DNA of 64,000 bases, taken from the NCBI GenBank assembly GCA_964234715.1, contig OZ174281.1; one strand, written 5' to 3'. A program made the position numbers and the translations under genes. Within the stretch, counting starts at the first letter, position 1. Every line of letters begins with the position of its first letter. This DNA comes from Podarcis melisellensis. Taxonomy: Eukaryota. Below the pieces are notes generated by a model. That model did not search any database and was not told the origin of the DNA. It saw only the letters and a list, made by a program, of their open reading frames with translations. Shown here piece by piece: positions 50,292 through 60,542 of this stretch.

Positions 50292-52497
50292 AGATGATAG
50301 CAACACATTCAGACAAATTGTATAGTTCAGCTCTCCTGGAATTGTGCACCACTTCATCTAGATATGGGAATCATGTTGTATGCTGCCCTGCAAAAAACAA
50401 ACAAAAGCAAAATAACTTCCTTGCTCATGTAAAACATCTCCTTGTCATACTAGTTTTTTTACAAGCATAGAAAGGTGTTTTGTTTTTAACATGAAAGGGT
50501 TGCAGCCCTTTGCATTCTTACTAGAGTAAGTTCCATGAACTCAACAGAATTTAGAAATAAGCTCAATGGAAATCCTTCAGGTAGGCATGAATGCAATTGA
50601 ATTCTATGTACATATGCCCAGAATCGAGCTGCATTTATATCCACATGAAAAATGGCTTTGCACTTGCATTTACTATTTCAGCAGAATGGAGAGTTCTGGC
50701 AGCTCTTCCTGCTAGGCTTTGCCGCCTTCCCTAGCCAGGTGTCTTCCAGATGTTGTTGGGCTACGAATCTCATCACCTTCAGACAGCATGGCCAATGGCC
50801 AGAGATTATGGAAGTTGTATTCCAAAGTATCTGGAGGACTCCAGGTTGGGGAAGGCTGGCTCAGTCAGCTCCTTCAGACTCTGTCCTCCATTAAAAAAAA
50901 GTTGTTCCTTTGGCTTTTGGGACAAAACGATAACACTATTTTTAGGGGCAATCTACACATGCTGTGATTTGTTCTGAAATTTTTTCTTAGATAGGGTAGA
51001 AGGAGATTTCAGGGGATTTAAAATAGGATATGGATAAAAAGCACAAATATTTTTCTAAACTTTCTACTGTAAAATCTCCTCTCCATAAAGGAGAAGCCTA
51101 GTTGTCAAAAAATATTGCCAGTATTATTCTTGAAGTGAATGAGACTTGCCCAGGCAGAGAACTTTGAGGACTGGAGTCTGAATCATCAAAGTGAATGCAA
51201 GCTAGGCTTATTTTTCATATGTTTTGTATTGTGGTTAAACAACTGTTTAAGACTTTAGAAGCAGCTTGTTAGTGTCCATGTGGATATAATTTAACTGTCT
51301 TTTTTCCTCACTCATATTTGCATTTTGACATTTTAAAAGACAGTGGTAAAGTATGAAAATAAACAAAAGAGAGGAATGAGACCATAAAACAAAGTGCAAT
51401 TGTTTTCAGAAAAGCCAGATGTAATCCTGGAGATTGCAGTGTGATACTTCAGTATATTTATTTTTTAAAAAGAGAACAATACAAAGAAGTAAGAAGGCTG
51501 CATATGAACAATAACAGCAAGAAATTGTTAGAAATCAGGAGCACTGAAGCTCAATTATTCTTCAAATACACCAGCATAATTCTCTGCACAGAAATTAATT
51601 TTAAAAAGAATAACTGAAATGAGAAGGGGCAAAAACATTTTCAGACTGCATTTGTCTAGAAGCTATTTGTTTTGTGGGAACTAAAAGTTGCTATCATTTC
51701 TATTATTTTATTATTAAAAACCAATGTGGCCTATAAGGAATAGCATGTTTTTACCATGGAATCATTGCACAGTCCTGGGCAAGATCTATATGTAGTCCAG
51801 CCTGGCCCATAAGATTGGCTGGCCATGGCTTGCTGTGAGAGCAAATAAATTGACAAGTCTGGGTACACAAACCTTAGTCCAAACCTAGCTAGATTGCCTG
51901 GGGCTGTTGTGAGGATAAAATGGATGGTTGTGAAAACCATGTCTACTACCTTGAGCTCCTTGGATTGAAGGTTGTGATAAAAAAGTAATTTTTTAAGACT
52001 TCTAATTTCAGTGGATTAAGTATACTTAGCAGTGGATGTGTCTAGATGTAATGCTGAAGCATGGTTTAGTGTTACGAGAGCAAGCTGCAGTGAGCCTCAA
52101 GTCTTATGTTCCTCCTCCCCTATGCTCCTTTAGCATAGCTGTAAAGAGAAGATTTGAAGCTTCTTCTTCTTCTCTTTTAGCAGTTACCATGCCATCTGGA
52201 CCTAAACTGTGTAGAACTAGGGGCTCTAGTCTATATGTGTCAATTACTACCCATCTGTACAGAAAGAATATGTGTTCAAGTTGCAGTGCATTGCAGCAGT
52301 AATTTGGGCACCCTAGGAACTTGGATTATAAGGTTTATCACAGAAATAGAAAGGCTGATATAAACAGGGTTCAAATGAGATAGGCAATTGCCTGGTTGAA
52401 TCCATAGAGAGGGTTTGGCGTGGACAAAATGTCCAAATGAGACGAAGCAATGTGCAAGTATTTTGGAGACACTGCGGAGGGCTGGTGATACTTAAGA

Positions 52498-53191
52498 CAG
52501 TGTTTCCCAAACGTTTTTGGGCAACGGCACACCTGTTTACTGAAAAAAAATCTCGCGGCACACCACCATTAAAGCCCCGCCCCGTGACGTCAGCGCGCAG
52601 CGTCACGCCGGGAGGGACGCACAAAAGTGAAAGTTTTTTCCCTCCCCCTTGCTGGGGAACCTCCAAGCTTTGGGGGTGGGAGGAGGCAGCAGAGCGAGGG
52701 ACTGAGGGACGGCGGCAACTGAGGCGGCGGCGGCTGAGGCAGAGCTGGGAAGGGGGTTTCCAGGGGACACGGCAGCTCCTCGAAAGGCTTCTCTCAGCTG
52801 CGCTCAATCCGCCTCGGAGAGGATTTCCCCTCCGGTCCCATGCGTTCGTTTGGGGCATCGCTCCGGCTGCTCCCTCTCCCGCCGCGCAGGAGCGATGCCT
52901 CTCTCTGGCTCTCCCTCCGCGCAGGCTGAGGGAGGGAGGGAGGGGCGCGTGTGACCCGTCTCTGCTGGGAGACCAAACCCAGCGAGGCAGAGTCGCGCGG
53001 AGGCGCCCAGGCAGCGCTGCCGGCTGCGAGGAGGAGCGCCAGGCAGCAGCAGGAGGCGCGGCCTCTCCTCGCCGCCGCCGCCCCGCCTCTCGCCGCCCGA
53101 CTCGCCCGCCTCCCTCCAGGCATCTCGCGGCACACGAGGCAACGTCTCACGGCACACTCGTGTGCCGCGGAACACCGGTTGGGAAACACTG
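52498..53191. mobile_element. Young non-autonomous hAT (Charlie-like) element with GC/CpG-rich interior
   Basis: TIR cagtgtttcccaa / ttgggaaacactg; perfect 8-bp TSD acttaaga (52490-97 / 53192-99); repeated subterminal cggcacac motifs. Confidence 0.92.
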
Positions 53192-55774
53192 ACTTAAGAG
53201 ATGGTGACTGATAGGCCTACTTGAGCTTCAGATAGAGACCAAAATGTAAATAGATTGGCCTGCAGAGACATGGGTAGCTGTTCCAAAATAAGAGAGGGGA
53301 GAAGGAAAGGTCAGAAATGGAGTGAGAGACAGAGAAGTGCAGATATTATCCATCATGGAGCAAAGGGCTAGAGAGGTGTTGCTGTGAGTTGCAATACTGT
53401 AGTATCAACAATGTCCTTCAATAAATCAGCTAGATCTTTTCTTCCACACATATTTTCTCCTGTAATGTTGAAGGACCTTCTTCCCTTCCTCTTATTGGGT
53501 CCTCGGAGCACAGGTTCCTGGCAAGAAAGGAGGAGGTCAGCAAACTTTCATCTCCCTTGGGCCCAAACTAGTGTGGTTTGCCATTTATTGAGACATCCTG
53601 CCCAGACTCTGAAGAACAAATTGGTGCAGGAATTATAACACCTAAAATGGTATAACTGGCTGGGTATGCCTCTTCGCACTACATGATATTCTTTTGGCAA
53701 CCTTTATTGGTATTTTGGAAACTTTGGGGTGACAATGGTGATACAGTGTCATCAGATAATACCTAATGTTCAAGTTTGTTGCTGCTCGGTTCAATGTTTG
53801 AGATGACTGCTTTTAGTTTAATTTTTATAATGTTTTTATTGTGTTTGTTTTTTTATATACTCTGTTGTGAAGTTACTGTAAGTGTTCTATGAACAGGGTA
53901 CAAATAATAAACTGATTGATTGACTGAATTGGAACAGGGCTGGGGACAGCTGCTGTAATGCGATGTAATAATAGTATCACAGCTGGCAAAAAACATAACA
54001 GGCTACACTTATCCAAAATAGCACCCTGAAGTAACTTAAGGGAGCCACTGCATGTTCTGTTGCATTGATACATATCCATCAGGATGAAGTGACTGGCTTT
54101 TTTTATGCATCAACTCCTCCTGACAATCACATGTTTCTTGCCTGTTCTGTTTGCCACAAATCTTATTCATCCATTCACTTAATATGTACCCCACTTTTCC
54201 ACACACAAAAATCAATGCTCAAAGCAGCTCACAACAAAGAAACGGATTCATTTCAAGCAAACACTACATTATCTCCAGGCAATTACTTCATCAGGAGGCC
54301 AGTCTAGCTTTTTTTAAAGAAAACATGGCTTACATTTTAACAATGTCTGGTACCCCAGAATTAGAAGGGGGGATCAGAATTAGAAGGGGAATCCAGGTAC
54401 CCCACAAACTTATGACAGTGCTATACTGAGAATAATCTGATGACTGAATTTTGCTTAGTGTTCACTTCTATCAACACAACAAACCATACTATTCTGAGCA
54501 ATTGTTTCAGTGCTTGGATATGTTTTATCCCAGGACGTAGGGCTTTTTCTTGGGGGGGGGGTGTTGCTAAGAAAAAGAAAGAAAGAATATTCACCATATA
54601 CAGAAGATAATCTTTTGATTTTCTATGCATTGCACATGATATAGGTAAGTCCATGCTGCTATCCCTTTTGCAATTTAGTGACTGGCTACAGCTAGGGAAG
54701 ACCTTCTTGTGGGATAGGTACTTTTCCCACTGCACACTATATGTGAAAAGGCAAGTTGCTAAACTCTAATAACCAAGACTCTGATTTATAGACTTCATTA
54801 GCAATTATTTTACACCTTCTTGCCAATCTCTTATTCTTGTTTTTGAACTCCAGAACATCAAATGTTTTTTTCCCTCAGGCTTTGAACTATATCTTGCCTT
54901 TTGAATTTTGACAGACTTTTTCTTTTGTGTCTTATTTTGCAGTTGCTCAGTTTCTTACTGGCTCTGTGTAAGTTGTCACAGATGTAGACTTCAGCTTGCA
55001 TGCTTGCAAAGTGAATCAGTGGCAACATCTGTTCCCCCAGAGGCATGGGTGCATCAATCCCAAACCACCCACATAGTTTCTTCTACCTATGAGCGTTGGT
55101 ATTTCCTGATCCAGCACTCTTTGAAGCGCATTCATTAAAAGATGCAGGGTGGGGTGGGGGAAGTTGCTGAGTTTCTGAAAGACTGTGTTTTAGATTCATG
55201 TTATTCACAAAAACTATCAAATGATATTACACTAGAGCTGCTTCATGCATAACTCTGTTCTTCACGTACATGTAGAAAACACGTGAAGATGCCCTTTTTT
55301 GGAAGCCAGCGTGTACTATGACTTTCTAACCCTTGTAACTGAGGCAACAAGGTCAAACTGCACGTGATGCAGGAGTTCTGACGTTCTTTTCCTTTCACAA
55401 AATACCAACCATGCTTTCTTCCTCTGCCTCCCACTCCCTTTCTGGGCTACATTGCAGAGCAAGGGGTTCTAACCTTTTGCCTATGTGCTGATTCCCCTAT
55501 TTAAATTCCCTCTGCCCCAAGCTGCTATTAGCTAGATGAGAGCCAACAGCTATGGGCCTGTACTCATAAGTATGTTTCTCTGACACATTGCAACAAATAG
55601 CAGCTTTAAGGGGAGGGGAGGGATTTAGATTGGAAACACATTGCAAGGGATGAACGGTCCCCCCCCCCGGCTGAAGCCCCAGTTCAAACTGGGGCCTGCT
55701 TTTGCAAAATAAAAAATAAGTTGGAAGTTCCAGTCACAAAACTCCAGGGTCCTCTGTTGTTTGACCTCTTAAAA

Positions 55775-55910
55775 CAGGCATAGGCAAACTCGGCCCTCCA
55801 GATGTTTTGAGACTACCATTCCCATCATCCCTGACCACTGGTCCTGTTAGCTAGGGATCATGGGAGTTGTAGTCCCAAAACATCTGGAGGGTCGAGTTTG
55901 CCTATGCCTG
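55775..55910. mobile_element. 136-bp palindromic hAT MITE
   Basis: Long TIRs caggcataggcaaactcg.ccctccagatgtttt; perfect 8-bp TSD tcttaaaa (55767-74 / 55911-18). Confidence 0.93.
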
Positions 55911-56858
55911 TCTTAAAACATTTGCAATTTCTCACACAATAGTGTGGGTGCGGGTGTACACATTTTCGCCTAAAGAGAGAGTATCTCAACTCTCAACATG
56001 TTTTAAATGTGAAGAAACCCTCCTTGTAAGCACATAGCTGGAAGTTCATACGTATTTCGGTCCTTCACTCCTTTTTTGGTTAAAAAAAATTTCATACCCA
56101 TGAATTAAATATTTGCCTTGTAGGCTCTCTCATTCTGGCAAAAGCATTTATTTTACTGGTCAAATTCCTTATTTTTATTTTACTTTGCTGCCTAGATCTT
56201 TGTATTTAATAAAAAACAAAACCCACCATAAACTGTAGTGCTGACCATGTTTATGTGTGCATTTTAAGCCTTCGTTGAAAGCAGATATTTTGAGTTTTGC
56301 TACCAGCCTTTGGTGGCATCTGACATCTGGCAAATAAAACAAGGGGCTTGGGAGATGAAAGTGGAGGGGGGAGGAATCACACCATAAAAGGGGTGCTAGG
56401 AGGAAGCAGGGGGTAAGATGCTGGTGTATAAGCAATGCTTGCAGTTATATATTCGGGTGGGGGCAGAAAAGAAGCGCCATTAGTGCTTCAGATTGTCATT
56501 ACTTTCAAAACTGGAGGTAGAGTAGACATTGTTTGTTTCATATAGTTTGGACACCACGTGAGTATTCAGGACCAGCTAGTTGGCTTGCATGCATTTGCTG
56601 CTGCCAACCCCTATAGAGGCTAAAAAAACCCTGAAGAGAAATGCGCTATTGTGATTAGAGTTTCGCATTGGATGTGGGAGGGCTAGTGTCAAGTAAAGTT
56701 CATTTGATATATTTATTTAGCAAGATGTATACATTACTTAGTAAAATTAATTAATACATCTCGAAGCAGTTTGCATAAAATGAACCTTATAGGGTCTTAT
56801 GCAGATAGGTCCTCCTCAATGTTCATTAGATAAAGGGCAGGACAGAAAGATATCAAAT

Positions 56859-57230
56859 GTTGTTGTTTAGTCGTTTAGTCGTGTCCGACTCTTCGTGACC
56901 CCATGGACCAGAGCATGCCAGGCACTCCTATCTTCCACTACCTCCCGCAGTTTGGTCAGACTCATGTTTGTAGCTTCGAGAACACTGTCCAACCATCTCG
57001 TTCTCTGTCGTCCCCTTCTCCTTGTGCCCTCCATCTTTCCCAGCATCAGGGTCTTTTCCAGGGAGTCTTCTCTTCTCATGAGGTGGCCAAAGTATTGGAG
57101 CCTCAGATTCACGATCTGTCCTTCCAGTGAGCACTCAGGGCTGATTTCCTTAAGAATGGATACATTTGATCTTCTTGCAGTCCATGGGACTCTCAAGAGT
57201 CTCCTCCAGCACCATAATTCAAAAGCATCA
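56859..57230 (-). mobile_element. BovB (RTE) LINE, 5'-truncated 3' end
   Basis: Open frame DAFELWCWRRLLRVPWTARRSN...LQYFGHLMRREDSLEKTLMLGK...GVTKSRTRLND; (CAA)n tail; perfect 13-bp TSD aaagatatcaaat (56846-58 / 57231-43). Confidence 0.95.
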
Positions 57231-57722
57231 AAAGATATCAAATACACAGTGCTTAAATAAGTTGAGCTCTTTGCATCTACAATTAGGAATTTGCATATGG
57301 CAAGAATCATAGATTTAATAGTAGAGGTGACATGATACTTCACTATCAGTTTCCGCCATCAGTATCATAATGGCATAGAATTAGACGTGAGACAGGAGTG
57401 CTAGCTTGGCCCTGCGACCATGGGTGCCCAGAGCCATGGGTGCCACGTAGCAAACATGGCCCTGGCATTAAAATTGCCTGGCCCCTTCATGGGGAATTTT
57501 GTTGGTGCTCAGGCACCCATGGCCCCAGAGAGTCAGCACCTGAAGTTATCTATACTTTCTGATACCACTGTTGTCCCATGTGGCAACTGAGCAAACCTTC
57601 TTAGTGCAATGGTAGATATTTTCCATCAGCTGGCATTCTTTCCACTTTATAAATGAGAAAATGAGTCCAGAGATGTTGACTCACTCAGGGATGCCCCAAG
57701 AAGTTAAGGTTCAGCATAATTT

Positions 57723-59621
57723 TTTGTAATAATGTTTTTTATTTCAACAAGGTATAACAATAACAAAATATTTATAAAAATACATAAAATTTTATATAAA
57801 ATAAGCAATCAATGATTAAAAGGCCAGGCTTCATTTTTGACGCCTACTTAGAAGATTCTTAACAGTCTTCTTTAGCCCATGTATAATTGAAGTGCTCTTG
57901 TGGGTACTGACCTCTTGTTCCAACACCTGGGACTCTCTGGTAGGTGGTGTTCTGGAAGAAGTCTCTTCTCTGATTATTGAAGTAGGATCTTCAGGGTCCT
58001 TCAGATCTACATGTTCTTCCCCAACTTCCCTTTGACTAGATTTTCTGAGGATTATCTCCCGCACCAACTCAGATGATGAGTCTTCCTCATCTGTGATCTT
58101 AGATTGATTGGCGTCATAGGGGGACTCCAGGCTGTCTGGTACAGGGGCCTTCTGGCCACTGGCAGTCTGAACAGATGTTAATCTCTGTCTGAGGGTTTGG
58201 AGCTATTTGCAGAGCTCCTGGTTCTCCTTCAAAACCTCTCTTATGGTGTTCCTATCTTCTTACACAATTATTTCTTGTATCTGGGTCATCTGGCCTGCTG
58301 TTTCAGTGACGTTATAGCTTGGTTTCTCCATCAGAGATTGTAAGTTTTCTGAGGGCTCACCACCAATAGACACTGGAAGGGTCTCTCCGCAAACCTGCAG
58401 CAGTGAGACCTGCAGCTGTTGGACCCGCTGCTTTAGCCTGGCAATCTCTGCTGCCCAAGAGTCCATATTCACTATCAGCTTGTTCTTTATTTTTCTGACC
58501 CTATCAGCATAGCGAAGAGTATTCAAAGTGTATTTGAGGTTCAAATCTGTTGGGCCCACACATGCTTTTGCCTTCCAAGGAATCTTGCAAAAGGCGTGTT
58601 AACTTGCAGTCTCTATAAGGGACAAAATTGCCCTTCCTCGTTTCCTCCCCAAGAGCGCAGATGACGTTCCGCAGGCAGAGGAGTGTTTTGTTGATGCTGA
58701 TCCCTTCCCGCAGTCTAACACCTTCTGCTTTTGTATTGCTTTGCCTTTCTGAACCAGTAAGGTCTACGAAGTGCAGCTTGGAATGCAAAATGGTGTTCTT
58801 ATCACTCTTGCTTTTCTGTCCAATGGTCATGGTGAAGATGGTGTGAGAGCGTGATGACTGGGTTTCATGGCCATGGCAGCCACCGTTCAGCAGTTGTTCC
58901 CCCGCTCCAGGCACTGGATGATCTCTTCAGCAGACTTCACCATGTGCTCGGTTAGCCCCTCAACCTTGATGCCTCCCTTGGGATCTTCACAGATGCTGAT
59001 TCAAGGTTTCTTCCTTTCCAGTGGTGCCAAGAGATCTAAAATGTCATCACTGTAGATCTCCAAATAAGAGACTTTCAGGGAAGACTGCCTCTCTGACCAT
59101 TCTTTCATTTCTTGGAAGAGAAGCTTTATTGCCGGAGAGATGATTCTGACAGTGGGATCATTCTCTTTGTCAGCTGTGTAAGCCACTCCCATGGAGTATG
59201 TTTTCCCAGATCCTGTCTCACCATAAGCCAAAACCGTGGCATTATACCCTTCCAAGATGCCCATTATAAGGGGAGAAACACAGGTTCTCTTGCTCAGTAG
59301 ATGGGTCAAAGACATAATCATATGTGAATGCTTCGTCAGTACATAGAACACATGCTGTTCTCCAGGGACAAAAGTCAAACACATCTGGCAACTCTTAAAA
59401 TGTTATTTAGAAATAAGGGGGCTGCACTTCAGTGCCACCTGCACAGGGATGATCCTGGCCTCTTCCTTCAGCATTTCATAATGTTATATTCCAGCTCTCA
59501 CCCACACCCTCTCGTGCTGAAGAAAGTTCCAAGGTGAGCTCGCAGGACGGCGGAGGCCAGCTCTCCCCCTTGCAAAGTCCCCCATCCAGCCTGCTGGTGC
59601 GCCCTCTGGAACTCACACCCT
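57723..59621 (-). pseudogene. KIF4: Processed (intronless) pseudogene of a KIF4-family chromokinesin; former CDS 59474..57831
   Basis: Starts MLKEEARIIPVQVALKC; P-loop GETGSGKT (59199-59222), [51 protein letters not shown]. Stops at 59403, 59001, 58887, 58260, 58203 plus frameshifts. No introns; AATAAA at 57738-43; 15-bp TSD. Confidence 0.93.
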
Positions 59622-60035
59622 GGTTCATCATAATTTATAAATAATTATTTTCTAGTGAAAATAAGATGATTCATCTTATTGTGTGACATGTTGAAAAATG
59701 ATTATGTAAAATACAACCATGCCTATATGAAGTTTTAAAAATAGTCTGTACTTTCACAGATACATAGCAGTAAAGGTGTTAGGCTATAGAAATATTCACC
59801 CAAATCCCATTTCCCAAGAACAGTCCAAACTTCTTGCTGCAGGCGATGAAAAACATGGAATGTTTTGAAGCATAAACTATTCATCTACCTAATGAAACAA
59901 ACAGGAAAGAACTGAGCCTAGCAATAATGAATCTGTCATTATCCAGTTTCTAATTTTTCTAGTCTTAAGATCAAATCTCCCATTTCAGTTCGCTTTTTTT
60001 TAAAGTCCTCACAAAAATTGCTTAACATTTTAGTT

Positions 60036-60115
60036 ACAGGTAGGTAGCCGTGTTGGTCTGCCGTAATCGAAACAAAATAAAAAAATTCCTTCCAGTAGCA
60101 CCTTAGAGACCAACT
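60036..60115 (-). mobile_element. Penelope-like terminal fragment
   Basis: caggtaggtagccgtgttggtctg...ccagtagcaccttagagaccaact is the reverse complement of 39060-39147. Confidence 0.7.
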
Positions 60116-60478
60116 TAGAGATCAACATTTTAGTTCACATTTCTCTAAATTTTCTTGCATGCATTTTTGCCTAACACAAGGCATTTTTGTACATCATTTT
60201 CACAAATATGTTCCTTTTTACATACATCTCTCCACTATACATATTTTTGCATTTTTGTTGTTGTTGGAGATTGGCATCAGAAAATTGGGGAAATTTGTGC
60301 AAATTTCAAAGGACAACTATTTCACTTGTCTATTGTTTTAGGAAGTGCGAAGTAGCTAGATTTATATTAAAATGTGAAGTAAATTTAATTTCTCCCTCAT
60401 CCATAGTCTTGAGAGGGACATTTGAAATCAATGCAAGAAAGAGAACAGCTCGATTGCTACAAGTAGCCAAAGGTTGTT

Positions 60479-60479
60479 T

Positions 60480-60538
<59 letters not shown>
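60479..60538. repeat. Compound (TG)n(AG)n microsatellite
   Basis: Directly visible. Confidence 0.95.

Positions 60539-60542
<4 letters not shown>

Noticed and set aside
52313-53211. Several 86-251 aa ORFs on both strands
   Set aside because: By-product of the GC-rich hAT interior; no transposase or other domain motifs.
58260-59384. Kinesin ORFs as a functional spliced KIF4 gene
   Set aside because: The pieces are contiguous and separated by stops and frameshifts rather than introns. Multiple lesions plus TSD and poly(A) signal indicate a processed pseudogene (assembly error is unlikely to explain all of them).
17288-60538. (TC)n(AC)n at 17.3 kb and (TG)n(AG)n at 60.5 kb form a long-range inverted pair
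   Set aside because: Common compound microsatellite; the flanks share no similarity, so it is coincidental.
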